Shown: one piece after another, positions 26,515-36,260 of the stretch
How the letters are laid out: every line of letters begins with the position of its first letter
Position numbering within the stretch: the first letter of the stretch is position 1
DNA from: a bacterium
Lineage (GTDB): Bacteria; UBA10199; 2-02-FULL-44-16; JAAZCA01
DNA: 64,000 nucleotides
Assembly: GCA_963674695.2 (NCBI GenBank)
Contig: CAXXGI010000003.1
Coordinates: 256,001 to 320,000 of the forward strand
Direction: 5' to 3'
The notes under the pieces: model-generated
The model's database searches: none
What the model saw: only the letters and a program-made list of their open reading frames with translations
What the model was told of the DNA's origin: nothing
Program-made: the position numbers and the translations under genes

Positions 26515-27180
26515 ATGTATCCCGGTGCCATCATTCTGCTCATCGCAGCACTCTCCCTCGGAGGCGATGCCGATCTCCGCGACGGGGCGCCTCCGGTCGT
26601 GCTGGTGCAGCAACAGGCCATCGCGCACGCGCGTCTGGAGCCGCAGGAGATCTCCACCTGGCGGAAGCGCGCGCGCATGGCGGCCTATCTGCCCAAACTG
26701 CAGGTCGAGTATCAGCGCCGCGTTCGCGACTTCGTCAACGTCGACGTCAACTCGAACGTCTACGTCGGTTCCAACGGCGTGACGGTCGGTCCCGACGACA
26801 ACGCCTATACCCAGGACTATCACTGCGACAACAACATCGGCGTGAAGGCGATCTGGTCGCTCGGCGATGTGGTCTTCAATCAGAACATGCTGCGCGTCTC
26901 AACGGAGGCGCGGCACCTGGCCCGCCAGCGCCAGTCGCTCTTGGCCGAGGTCAACGAGAACTACTACGGTCGAAAACGGTTGGTCGGCGAGATCGTTCTG
27001 TTGCGAGAAGAGCTGCAGCGCGCGCCGCGATCGAATGCGGTGCGCCGCGAGCTCTTCCTCAAACAGGTGGCCTGTCGCGAAGCGGGGGCGGCGCTCGATG
27101 CGCTGACCGGCGGGTGGTTCTCCACACAGATGAAGCCGTCCGAACGGGGCGCGTCGGTTGCATCAAACGGATGCGACTAA
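26515..27180 (+). CDS. exported hypothetical protein (weakly TolC/outer-membrane-efflux-like helices)
   Basis: Hydrophobic N-terminus MYPGAIILLIAALSLGG; 'RARMAAYLPKLQVEY', 'GVKAIWSL', 'LLAEVNENYY' and 'LDALTGGWF'. Confidence 0.65.
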   Translation: MYPGAIILLIAALSLGGDADLRDGAPPVVLVQQQAIAHARLEPQEISTWRKRARMAAYLPKLQVEYQRRVRDFVNVDVNSNVYVGSNGVTVGPDDNAYTQDYHCDNNIGVKAIWSLGDVVFNQNMLRVSTEARHLARQRQSLLAEVNENYYGRKRLVGEIVLLREELQRAPRSNAVRRELFLKQVACREAGAALDALTGGWFSTQMKPSERGASVASNGCD

Positions 27181-27192
27181 AAAGGAGGGTGT

Positions 27193-28290
27193 ATGCGGTG
27201 GATGCTTGTGCTGGCCATGCTCATGGTATGTGGCTGCGGCGGTCTGCCGATGCCCGATCCGGGAGCATTTGAACGCGAGCAGCCGCGCGTGCTGACGATT
27301 GCGCCCTCCGATGGCGAGATCGCAGGCGCCGATGCGGCCATCGCCGTGGAGTTCTCTCGCCCGGTCGAACCGACGAGCATCACGACGCACACGCTCGCCG
27401 TCGTTGCGCAGGGGGAGTCGAGTGCGATCGATGAGATCATCGAGGATGTCGTCGACGGCGATGTGGGTGGCATCGCGGGCACCTATATGATCGAGGGCGA
27501 GGGGCAGATCGTTCAGTTTCGATCGGATGCGCCGCTCGTTGCGGGCACGACCTATCTGGTGATCGCCACCTCGGGCATTCTGAGCACGGAGCTGCTTCCA
27601 TTGAGTCAGCGTCCGGACGGCGCGCCCGATCCCTTCGTGAGTGTCTTCACGGTCTCCGCGGTGGCCGGTGTTCCGGGCGGTGGTTCGCCTTCAGAATCGG
27701 ACGGCGGCGGCGGATCGGACGGAGCCAGCGGGGGCGGTTCCGAAGGCGAGGGGTCGGCGCCCGTCGCGCGCAATCGTCCTTCGCAGCTTCTCCTCAACGA
27801 GCTGCTCTACGATGTGCCGGGTTCCGATACCGATGGCGAGGTCTTCGTCGAACTCGTGGGCGAGGCGGGTGGCGATATCACCGGTTTTCAGGTGCTGCTC
27901 ATCAACGGTCCGGACGGCGCCATCAAGGACACGATCACGCTTCCCGACGATGCCATTATCCCGGCCGACGGCATCTATCTGATAGCCGATGCGCGCACGG
28001 GGAGCAAGGGGACGACGAATGTTCCCAACGCCGATTTCGTCGATACCTTCGATCCGCAGAACGGTCCCGACTGCGTGCAGCTGCTCGATCAGAACGGCGC
28101 GCTCCTCGATGCGCTCGGCTACGGCGAGCCGCTCATCGATGCCGCTGAGAACGGCCATCCCTGCCATGAGGGGACGCCCGCGATGAAGGCCGTCTCCGGC
28201 CAAAGCCTCTCGCGCATGGGCGGCACCGACACCGACGACAACTTCCTCGACTTCACCTTCCTGGATATCCCCACTCCGGGAGAGATCTGA
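27193..28290 (+). CDS. lipoprotein with Ig-like (Big_5-type) and lamin-tail domains
   Basis: Lipobox 'VCGC'; PRVLTIAPSDG...VEFSRPV; G/S linker; LTD motifs LLLNELLYD, FVEL, LQN-like PQNGPDCVQL, LDALGYG, SLSR, DTDDN..DF and PTPG. Confidence 0.82.
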   Translation: MRWMLVLAMLMVCGCGGLPMPDPGAFEREQPRVLTIAPSDGEIAGADAAIAVEFSRPVEPTSITTHTLAVVAQGESSAIDEIIEDVVDGDVGGIAGTYMIEGEGQIVQFRSDAPLVAGTTYLVIATSGILSTELLPLSQRPDGAPDPFVSVFTVSAVAGVPGGGSPSESDGGGGSDGASGGGSEGEGSAPVARNRPSQLLLNELLYDVPGSDTDGEVFVELVGEAGGDITGFQVLLINGPDGAIKDTITLPDDAIIPADGIYLIADARTGSKGTTNVPNADFVDTFDPQNGPDCVQLLDQNGALLDALGYGEPLIDAAENGHPCHEGTPAMKAVSGQSLSRMGGTDTDDNFLDFTFLDIPTPGEI

Positions 28291-28943
28291 TGCGTGAGTC
28301 GCTTGTCCGTCTTTCCGAATCAGCCATTCGTGAGGTCGTGGATGCTATTCCCCTATCGATGCAGCATATTGTTCTTCCCTCCATTCAAGCGAATGATCGC
28401 TGTCGGTTTGATCCCGTACGAGGAGAGCGCGAACGGGCCAGATATTGCTCCGGAAACGGCATGATCATTGTTTATGGTTTTTCACGAGCGGAGATCGAAT
28501 GTTTTGACTACGTTGATATCGTCCTTCATGAAATCGGCCACAAGATATTCGGGGAGATGTTGAATCAGGAACAACGCTCTGCTTGGATGAGCTGTTGTTC
28601 ACATGAGGGCTTTGTCATTGAGTTGAGCGACATCTATATGCTAAGAGAAATACGGGAAGAGGAGTTCAGTATTGTCTTTTCGGTCGTGTATTTACAGCGT
28701 TTTCTGCGGAGGAAGAAGATGAAGAAATCAGCGGACAGAGTGCGCAATCGGCTGGAAGAAATATCAGAGCGTTCCACGTTGGTTGAACGCTTGGTTGAGG
28801 GTGCTGGATCGACACACCCGGAGAAGCGCGGGGGCGTCTGTTATCAGCGTATTCATGAGCGTGTTCGACGATTTCTCTTTGGTGACATGACGATTCGGGA
28901 ATTCGAACAAGGCGCTGATAAAACCCAGGATTCGTCAAACTAA
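28290..28943 (+). CDS. hypothetical protein with HExxH zinc-binding motif
   Basis: VLHEIGH with downstream EEEF; start overlaps the upstream stop (TGATG); more AT-rich than neighbours. Confidence 0.6.
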   Translation: MRESLVRLSESAIREVVDAIPLSMQHIVLPSIQANDRCRFDPVRGERERARYCSGNGMIIVYGFSRAEIECFDYVDIVLHEIGHKIFGEMLNQEQRSAWMSCCSHEGFVIELSDIYMLREIREEEFSIVFSVVYLQRFLRRKKMKKSADRVRNRLEEISERSTLVERLVEGAGSTHPEKRGGVCYQRIHERVRRFLFGDMTIREFEQGADKTQDSSN

Positions 28944-28952
28944 TCATGTCTC

Positions 28953-29121
28953 AGACTGCTGACAAAGTCTTCTTGTGCTGTCATTCCCGTAAAACCAAAG
29001 GTTGTCATTCCCGCGCAGGCCGCCTGCCCGCCGGTTGTGTGGCGGGGGAATCTCGATTGTGACGGCACGTCGAGATCCCCGCTTTCGCGGGGATGACAAC
29101 GGCCGGGTTTGTCATCACCCT
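28953..29121. mobile_element. MITE copy 2 with REP doublet and nested insert
   Basis: AGACTGCTGACAAAGTCTTCT... TTTGTCATCACCCT; extra CGCCTGCCCGCCGGTTGTGTGGCG inside the first REP. Confidence 0.8.
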
Positions 29122-29354
29122 CGTCTTCTCGTTTATTCCTTATCGATTTCTTCCGCCCGGGGGGCAGGGGTTAGCTATTAAGCCCTTGAAATATTTGGGC
29201 ATTCTTTTTTTCGGAGGGGTTGGTCTGATCTTTTCGATCAGAGCCACCCTGTGCTGACGGTGCGAGTGCCTTCGGTGGAAAATGGCGAAAAACTCCTTGC
29301 ACCTCAGGTACTTTTATATATAGTCCCGCGCGTTGCACGGTTGAGCGGTAGTTG

Positions 29355-29389
29355 GAGGAAGTGGGCCCGGCGGGACCACTTTTTTTTTC
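29355..29389 (+). promoter_or_regulatory. rimP leader-like hairpin/attenuator
   Basis: AAGTGG-GCCCGGCGGGA-CCACTT followed by a long T-run just upstream of rimP. Confidence 0.6.
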
Positions 29390-29418
29390 ATCTTTTTTGA
29401 CTTTTGGACGTTGGGACG

Positions 29419-29919
29419 ATGGATACACAAGAGATACTGGAAAAGGTGGAAGTGCTGGTGGCGCCGGTCCTGGCCAACCTTGGGTATGATCTGATCGAGC
29501 GCGAGCTTATCAACGAATCAGGGCGATGGGTGCTGCGACTCTTTATCGACAAGAATGGCGGCGTGACCATCGACGATTGCAAGCAGACCAGCCGCAGCAT
29601 CGAGGATCTCCTCGAGGTCGAAGATGTCGTTCCGGTGCGTTATAACCTTGAGGTCTCCTCGCCTGGTATCTTTCGTCCGTTGCGCCGACGCGAGGACTTT
29701 ACGGAATTTTTCGGCGAGCGCGCTTCCATCCGGGCGAAAAAAGCGCTTGAGGATCGGCGCAATTTCGTCGGTCTTTTGGGCGGTCTCGAGGGGGACGATG
29801 TGATCATCGTCGTGGATGGCCAGCGCTATCGTGTGCCGTTTGCGATGATAGAACGGGCGCGCCTCGAGCCAGAAGATATTTTCAATAAAGGAAAGAAGGA
29901 GAAGGGCGGACGGCGGTAG
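29419..29919 (+). CDS. rimP: ribosome maturation factor RimP
   Basis: VLRLFIDK.GGVTIDDC, YNLEVSSPG..RPL; position before nusA. Confidence 0.95.
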   Translation: MDTQEILEKVEVLVAPVLANLGYDLIERELINESGRWVLRLFIDKNGGVTIDDCKQTSRSIEDLLEVEDVVPVRYNLEVSSPGIFRPLRRREDFTEFFGERASIRAKKALEDRRNFVGLLGGLEGDDVIIVVDGQRYRVPFAMIERARLEPEDIFNKGKKEKGGRR

Positions 29920-29960
29920 ATCCACAAATGACACATGACGAATGATGGAGGATTGAACCA

Positions 29961-31493
29961 ATGGCAACACAGGACGGGATGTTTCAGAATCTGGGACGCG
30001 TGCTCGAGCAGGTGAGCAAGGACAAAGGCATTCCCATCGACATGCTCATCGAGGCGGTCGAGACGGCCTTTCTCTCGGCGGCTCGCAAAAAGTGGGGCCA
30101 CCTGGGCGATCTGGAGGCTCAATATAATGAAGAGGGCGGCGAGATCGAACTCTTCCAGTTCAAGACGGCGGTCGAGCTTGTGGAGAACGAAAATCTCGAG
30201 CTGCCGCTGGATGAGGCGCGTCGCCTCGATCCCGAGGCCGAGCCCGGCGACAGCATCGGCGTGAAGATGGATCATTCCGTGTTCGGGCGCATTGCGGCGC
30301 AGACGGCCAAGCAGGTCATCATCCAAAAAATTCGCGAGGCCGAGCGCAATATCATCTTCGAGGAGTTCAAGGATCGCTTGGGCGAGTTGGTCACCGGTAT
30401 CGTACGCCGCTTCGAAAAGGGCGACATGATCATCGATCTCGGTCGCACCGAGGCCATGGTGCCGCGTCGCGAGCAGATTCAGGGTGAGAATTACCGCACC
30501 GGCGAGCGCCTGCAGGGTTTTTTCCTCCGGATCGATCGCGAGGGGAAGGGCCCGCCGGTGGTCTTGTCGCGCAAGAACCTGGGACTCATGATCGGGCTCT
30601 TTGCGATGGAGGTTCCCGAAATCGCCGAGGGGATCGTCGAGATTCGCGCAGCCGCACGCGAAGCCGGAGTGCGCTCCAAGATTGCGGTGACCTCCCGCGA
30701 TTCGGATGTCGATCCGGTCGGCGCTTGCGTCGGTATGAAGGGCTCGCGCGTGCAGAGCGTGGTGGGCGAGCTGCGCGGTGAGAAGATCGATATCGTCGCC
30801 TGGGATTCCGATCCGGCGCGTTTTGTCTGTAATGCGCTGGCGCCGGCCGAGGTCGTCAAGGTGATCATCCGCGAGAAGGAGCACGCCATGGAGGTGGTCG
30901 TCCCCGACGATCAGCTCTCGCTCGCGATCGGGCGCCGCGGGCAGAATGTGCGCCTCGCGGCCCAGCTCACCGGCTGGAACATCGATGTCTATAGCGAGAC
31001 GAAGATCGAGCAGGTGGCCTTGCGCGCGCGTCGCGTGCTCACCGAGACGCTCGGCGTCGACGACAGTATGGCCATGGTTCTCTATACGCATTCCTTCCGT
31101 TGTTTCGAAGACATCGCGAACGCCGACATTGAAGCGTTCAGCCAGGTCCCCGGTCTTGGGGAGGCGACGATTGCCGAACTGCACGCCAAGGCCAAAGGTC
31201 TGATCGAAGAAGGGATCAACACCCAGATGCGCATCGCTGAGATCATCAAAGAGGAAGAGGAGATCGCAGCCAAGCGTCGTGAGGAAGAGGCCGTGCGTGC
31301 AGCGGAAGAAGCTGTTGTTGCGGCCGCGGAAGCCGAGGCGGAAGCAGAAGCCAAAGCCGCGGCCGACGAGGCAGGGGCTGAAATAGCGGAGGGCGACGCG
31401 GTCGAGGAAGCGGTGGAAAAGGTGGACGGATCCGAGGCTGAGGATGAAACCCTGGAGGATGTCGCCCCGCCAAAGGGCGATGAGGCTTCATAG
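29961..31493 (+). CDS. nusA: transcription termination factor NusA
   Basis: FGRIAAQTAKQVI, DPVGACVGMKGSRV and LSLAIGRRGQNVRLA. Confidence 0.97.
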   Translation: MATQDGMFQNLGRVLEQVSKDKGIPIDMLIEAVETAFLSAARKKWGHLGDLEAQYNEEGGEIELFQFKTAVELVENENLELPLDEARRLDPEAEPGDSIGVKMDHSVFGRIAAQTAKQVIIQKIREAERNIIFEEFKDRLGELVTGIVRRFEKGDMIIDLGRTEAMVPRREQIQGENYRTGERLQGFFLRIDREGKGPPVVLSRKNLGLMIGLFAMEVPEIAEGIVEIRAAAREAGVRSKIAVTSRDSDVDPVGACVGMKGSRVQSVVGELRGEKIDIVAWDSDPARFVCNALAPAEVVKVIIREKEHAMEVVVPDDQLSLAIGRRGQNVRLAAQLTGWNIDVYSETKIEQVALRARRVLTETLGVDDSMAMVLYTHSFRCFEDIANADIEAFSQVPGLGEATIAELHAKAKGLIEEGINTQMRIAEIIKEEEEIAAKRREEEAVRAAEEAVVAAAEAEAEAEAKAAADEAGAEIAEGDAVEEAVEKVDGSEAEDETLEDVAPPKGDEAS

Positions 31494-31549
31494 CGGCGCG
31501 GTCTGGTTTTGGTCTGGTGGGAAATCACAGTAGGCGAGAGGATGTTAGC

Positions 31550-34033
31550 ATGGATGAGAAGATGAGCAGCGAAATCATCGAACCGAAGGTCGAGGTCGTC
31601 GAGAAGCGTGTTCAGCCGACCGTCATTCGTCGTCGCAAGAAACGCGTCGCCCCTCCTCCTCCTCCTATTCTGGAGGTAAAGGCGGAGGCCGTTGTGGCGC
31701 CGGAGGAGGCGGCGGTTGCTGAAAGCGATGCGCCAGAGATAGCGGTGACGGCGGCCGTCCCCCAGGTGGAAGTGGGCGAACAGGTGGCGCAGGAGCCTTC
31801 CGTCGACGTTTCTGAACAGACCGCAGCCGCTGATGGCGAGGTGCAGGCTGCTCCTGAGCCGAAGGAAAAAGAGAAAGTCGAAGAGCGCACCGAGGCTTCG
31901 CTCGAGCAGGAGGATCTGTTGCGCACCGGGGTGAAACTCGCCAAGCCCTCTGAGGAAGATCGCAAAATCGGCGTGGTGGGGTATATCGATCTGAATGCGC
32001 AGCGGCCCTCAACGCCCGCTGCGCCCGGCGCGCCGCGCGAAGATTGGCGGGATAAGCAGCGTCGGAGTCGCCGACGGAAGAGTCGTGCAGAGCTCGAGAT
32101 GGAAGCTATCCAGCGCACGGGTGGCCTGCGCCAGTTCGTGGGCGACTTCAAGGGTGGGCCCGCCGTGGAGGGTGCTCCTTCCGTCGATCGCATCTATCAG
32201 CCGGGGTCGACGGGACGGCGCCGCAAGACGCTGCGCAAGGATTTCAAGAGGACCTCCATTACGGAACCCAAGGCGATCAAGAAGGTCATTCGCATGGAAG
32301 AGGGCATCAGCGTGGCCTCACTCTCGCAGTCGCTTGGGGTCAAGGCGGGTGAACTCATTAAGAAGTTGATGGGCCTGGAGATCATGGCGACCGTCAATCA
32401 GATGGTCGATCGCGACACCGCCACGCTCATCTCTGAGGAATATGGCTACACGGTCGAACGGAGCGGATTCAATGAAGAGGATGTTCTCATCGAGCCCGAG
32501 GCGCATGTCTCCGTCGAAAACCTGACGCCGCGCGCACCGGTGGTGACGGTGATGGGGCACGTCGATCACGGCAAGACCTCCGTTCTGGATGTCATTCGCA
32601 AAAGCAACGTGGTCAGTGGCGAGGCTGGTGGAATTACCCAGCACATCGGTGCCTACGAGGTAGCGCATTCGAAGGGAACGATCACCTTTATCGATACCCC
32701 AGGGCACGCGGCTTTCACGACCATGCGTATGCGCGGCGCCCAGGTGACCGATATCGTCATTCTCGTCGTCGCGGCCGATGACGGCATCATGCCGCAGACG
32801 GTCGAGGCGATCGACCATGCCAAGGCCGCAGGCGTTCCGATCATCGTGGCAATCAACAAGATCGACATCGCCGATGCTCAGCCCGATCGAGTCAAGCAGG
32901 CCATGACCGAACACGGTCTCGTCCCCGAAGATTGGGGCGGCGATATCATCTGCGTGCCGACCTCCGCCAAGACCAAAGAGGGGATCGACACGCTCCTCGA
33001 TATGGTGCTGCTGCAGGCCGAGGTGCTCGAACTCAAGGCGGATCCGACCATCCGCGCCAAGGGCGTGGTCATCGAGGCGATGCTCGACCGTGGGCGCGGA
33101 CCGGTGGCGACCGTCCTGATTCAGGAGGGGACGCTTCGAACGGGTGACTATATTGTCTGCGGTACCTACGAGGGCAAAGTGCGCGCGATGCTCGATGCCA
33201 CGGGGAATCAGATCAGCGAGGCGAGTTTGTCCAAGCCGGTCGAGATTTTGGGGTTGTCGGGCGTGCCCACAGCCGGTGACGATATGGTGGGCGTCGAAGA
33301 CGATCGCGGGGCACGGCTCGTGGCCGAGCAGCGTCGCGTGAAGGCGCGCGAGAAGGATCTGATGCGGCCGGTGCATGCTTCTCTCGAAGATCTCACGCGC
33401 CAGCTCGAGGCGGGCGAATCGCACGAACTGGCGGTCATCATCAAGGCCGATGTGAACGGTTCGCTCGAAGCGGTGCGCGATTCGTTGGAGAAGCTCTCCA
33501 CCGATCAGGTTCGGATCAAGGTGCTCCACGGCGGTGTGGGAACCATCAACGAAAGCGATGTGATGCTGGCCTCAGCCTCCAACGCGATCGTGGTCGGGTT
33601 CAACGTGACGGCCGATGCGAATGCGCGCAGGGCGTCCGAGAGCGAGGGGATCGATGTGCGTACCTATCGCATCATCTACGAGATGATCGACGAAGTGCGC
33701 AAGGCCATGGAAGGATTGCTCGCCCCCGAAGAGAAGGAAGTTTCGCTGGGCATCGCCGAAGTGCGCGAGGCGTTCAGTGTGTCCAAGATTGGAACCATCG
33801 CGGGCTGCATGGTGACCTCGGGCAAGATTCAGCGCAATGCGCGCGCACGGTTGGTGCGCGACCAGGCTATCATCTTCGACGGCAAGATCTCTTCGCTCAA
33901 GCGCTTCAAGGAGGATGCGAAAGAGGTGGCCGAAGGACACGAGTGCGGCATCGGCTTGGAGAACTTCAACGACATCAAGGCCGGCGACACGCTCGATATC
34001 TACCGCATCGATCAGATCGCGGCGAAACTCTAA
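31550..34033 (+). CDS. infB: translation initiation factor IF-2
   Basis: [37 protein letters not shown] and [12 protein letters not shown]. Confidence 0.97.
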   Translation: MDEKMSSEIIEPKVEVVEKRVQPTVIRRRKKRVAPPPPPILEVKAEAVVAPEEAAVAESDAPEIAVTAAVPQVEVGEQVAQEPSVDVSEQTAAADGEVQAAPEPKEKEKVEERTEASLEQEDLLRTGVKLAKPSEEDRKIGVVGYIDLNAQRPSTPAAPGAPREDWRDKQRRSRRRKSRAELEMEAIQRTGGLRQFVGDFKGGPAVEGAPSVDRIYQPGSTGRRRKTLRKDFKRTSITEPKAIKKVIRMEEGISVASLSQSLGVKAGELIKKLMGLEIMATVNQMVDRDTATLISEEYGYTVERSGFNEEDVLIEPEAHVSVENLTPRAPVVTVMGHVDHGKTSVLDVIRKSNVVSGEAGGITQHIGAYEVAHSKGTITFIDTPGHAAFTTMRMRGAQVTDIVILVVAADDGIMPQTVEAIDHAKAAGVPIIVAINKIDIADAQPDRVKQAMTEHGLVPEDWGGDIICVPTSAKTKEGIDTLLDMVLLQAEVLELKADPTIRAKGVVIEAMLDRGRGPVATVLIQEGTLRTGDYIVCGTYEGKVRAMLDATGNQISEASLSKPVEILGLSGVPTAGDDMVGVEDDRGARLVAEQRRVKAREKDLMRPVHASLEDLTRQLEAGESHELAVIIKADVNGSLEAVRDSLEKLSTDQVRIKVLHGGVGTINESDVMLASASNAIVVGFNVTADANARRASESEGIDVRTYRIIYEMIDEVRKAMEGLLAPEEKEVSLGIAEVREAFSVSKIGTIAGCMVTSGKIQRNARARLVRDQAIIFDGKISSLKRFKEDAKEVAEGHECGIGLENFNDIKAGDTLDIYRIDQIAAKL

Positions 34034-34037
34034 CGAC

Positions 34038-34118
34038 CGTGACACGTGACACGTAACCCGTGATTCGTAATTGGTGATGAAGGATTTTACCAATCACAAA
34101 TCACAGATCACCAATCAC
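34038..34118. repeat. heptamer array with reverse-complement arm between infB and rbfA
   Basis: CGTGACA CGTGACA CGTAACC CGTGATT CGTAATT GGTGATG ... CAATCAC AAATCAC AGATCAC CAATCAC. Confidence 0.85.
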
Positions 34119-34127
34119 TGTTCTTCT

Positions 34128-34502
34128 ATGAATCGGAATCTTCCCTATAATCGTGCCGAGCGTCTGGCGCACGAGATGTTGCAGGTGCTCGCGCAGGCGG
34201 TGGCAACCGAGGTTGCCGACCCGCGTGTGAAAGGGGCTCGGATCACGCGCGTGCGCATGACATCGGATCTGCGCCTGGCGCGCATCTCTTTTTATCTCCA
34301 CGATTCGACCCCGGAGCAGCAGGAGGCAGCGCTGGCGGGACTCATGCGCGCGGCCGGTTTTCTCAAGCGCCGCATCGGGCGGGAGATCACACTCAAGTTT
34401 ATGCCGGAGCTGACGTTTTTCTACGACGAAAAGATTGACGGTGTGGTACGCATCGAGGAGCTCATCGATTCCCTTCACGAACGGGAGCCGCACGATGATT
34501 GA
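34128..34502 (+). CDS. rbfA: ribosome-binding factor A
   Basis: RAERLA, DPRV, SDLRLA, AAGFLK and PELTFFYD. Confidence 0.93.
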   Translation: MNRNLPYNRAERLAHEMLQVLAQAVATEVADPRVKGARITRVRMTSDLRLARISFYLHDSTPEQQEAALAGLMRAAGFLKRRIGREITLKFMPELTFFYDEKIDGVVRIEELIDSLHEREPHDD

Positions 34503-35508
34503 TTATGTCTCTTTCAGTGAACAGTTGAAACGGGCGAAACGCGTGTTGATCGTTTCGCACTACAGCCCCGACGGCGACGCCATCGGTTCGACCATCGCCC
34601 TGGGGTTGGCGATCGAGCGCAGGGGAAAAGAGGTCGTGCTCTACAACCGCGACGGTGTTCCCACACAGGTGGCGCATCTGCCGGAATGCGGGCGGATCGA
34701 GCAGAGTCTTGATCCGAAATCTTCCTTCGACATGACGATCATGGTCGACTGTGCGCAACCCAAGCGTGTCTCCGACGAGTTCGATGCCCTTGCGGGCAAA
34801 GGGGTGCTGGCCATCATCGATCACCACATCCTGGAACAGACGCCCGCCGAGGTGACGCTCATCGACGATGGGGCGGCCTCCACCGGCGAGGTGGTCCTGC
34901 GCTTCATGGACCACGAGGGGATGGAGCTCGATACTCCGATTGCCGAGTGCATCTACACCACGCTCGTGGTCGACACCGGTTTCTTCCGCTATTCGAACAC
35001 GAACGAGCGCGTCCTGGCCCTGGCCAGCCGCCTCGTCGCCGCCGGTGCCAGTCCTTGGGCCACCGCCCGGCAGATGGAGGAGAGCTATACCCCGGCGCGG
35101 ATGAAGCTCTTGGGTCTGGCGCTCGAGAGCATCGCGTTCGAGTATGATGGGCAGTACTCCCATATGACGGTGACCCAGCAGATGCTCACGCAGGCGGGGG
35201 CGAAAATGGATGAGACGGACGAGTTCGCCACCTATCCGCGCGCAGTCGCGGGTGTGGAAGTCTCCGCGCTCTTCCGCGAGATGGACGATGGCGGGGTGAA
35301 GGTGAGCCTGCGGTCGAAGGATCGCGTCGATGTGGCGATGATCGCCAAGCAGTTCGAAGGCGGTGGGCATGCCCGAGCCGCCGGCTGCCGGATGAAGGGG
35401 ACTGTTGCCCAGATGCAGCAGGCCATACGAACCGCGGTTGAAAAAGCCCTCACGGGCAAATCCAAAATCCAAAGCTCAAATGTCGAAACACATTCCAAAT
35501 CCAAATGA
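34495..35508 (+). CDS. nrnA: DHH/DHHA1 phosphoesterase (NrnA-like oligoribonuclease/pAp phosphatase)
   Basis: HYSPDGDAIGS, IIDHH, DTGFFRY, KVSLRS and GGGHARAAG. Confidence 0.88.
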   Translation: MIDYVSFSEQLKRAKRVLIVSHYSPDGDAIGSTIALGLAIERRGKEVVLYNRDGVPTQVAHLPECGRIEQSLDPKSSFDMTIMVDCAQPKRVSDEFDALAGKGVLAIIDHHILEQTPAEVTLIDDGAASTGEVVLRFMDHEGMELDTPIAECIYTTLVVDTGFFRYSNTNERVLALASRLVAAGASPWATARQMEESYTPARMKLLGLALESIAFEYDGQYSHMTVTQQMLTQAGAKMDETDEFATYPRAVAGVEVSALFREMDDGGVKVSLRSKDRVDVAMIAKQFEGGGHARAAGCRMKGTVAQMQQAIRTAVEKALTGKSKIQSSNVETHSKSK

Positions 35509-35577
35509 CCAATGCTCAACGGTTTCGTTGTAGAAGTTATTCGACATTTTGTATTTGGATTTAGAGATTGGAATTTT
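35457..35577. repeat. degenerate CAAA-heptamer array with reverse-complement arm
   Basis: CAAATC CAAAATC CAAAGCT CAAATGT ... CAAATGA CCAATGC ... then CGACATTTTG TATTTGG ATTTAGA GATTGGA ATTTT. Confidence 0.7.
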
Positions 35578-35579
35578 AT

Positions 35580-36260
35580 ATGGACGGAATTCTCATTATC
35601 GATAAGCCCGCAGGCCCCACGTCGCACGACGTCGTTCAGATCGTCAAGCGATTGACTGGTGCCAATAAAGTGGGACACCTGGGCACCCTCGATCCGGCCG
35701 CGACCGGCGTGCTTCCGCTCGTCCTCAATGGGGCGACCAAGCGGGCCGCCGAACTCGCTGGAATCGAGAAGGTCTATGAGTTCGACCTCTGCCTTGGGGT
35801 CACCACCGACTCGGATGATGACACCGGAAAGGTGCTCGAAGAACAGTCTGTTTCCAATGACTTGCAATCTACTTTAAAGGTTGAACTTGAAGAGTTCATC
35901 GGCAATATCCTCCAGCGTCCGCCTCAATTTTCGGCCATCAAGGTGGGGGGGAAGCGTGCCTATAAGAGCGCTCGCAAGGGGTTCGATCCCCGGTTGGAGC
36001 CACGCCCTATCCACATCGATTCGATCGAGATCGTCGGGGGGAAGTGGCCTCGGCTCCGCCTTCGGGTCGAATGCCGCAGCGGCACCTACGTTCGCTCGCT
36101 CGCCCGTGACATCGGCGAAAAATTGGGCTGTGGTGGTCATGCCGCCGAAATCCGACGCTTTCGGAGCGGAAAATGGCGTATCGAAGATGCCGTTTCTCTC
36201 GATGCGCTCCAGGAAAAACCCGCGTGCTGGAAAGATGCCCTCATTTTGCTCGATGGGTGA
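35580..36260 (+). CDS. truB: tRNA pseudouridine(55) synthase (short, no PUA domain)
   Basis: DKPAGPTSHDVV, VGHLGTLDPAATGVL, FSAIKVGGKRAY and SGTYVRSLARD. Confidence 0.96.
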   Translation: MDGILIIDKPAGPTSHDVVQIVKRLTGANKVGHLGTLDPAATGVLPLVLNGATKRAAELAGIEKVYEFDLCLGVTTDSDDDTGKVLEEQSVSNDLQSTLKVELEEFIGNILQRPPQFSAIKVGGKRAYKSARKGFDPRLEPRPIHIDSIEIVGGKWPRLRLRVECRSGTYVRSLARDIGEKLGCGGHAAEIRRFRSGKWRIEDAVSLDALQEKPACWKDALILLDG

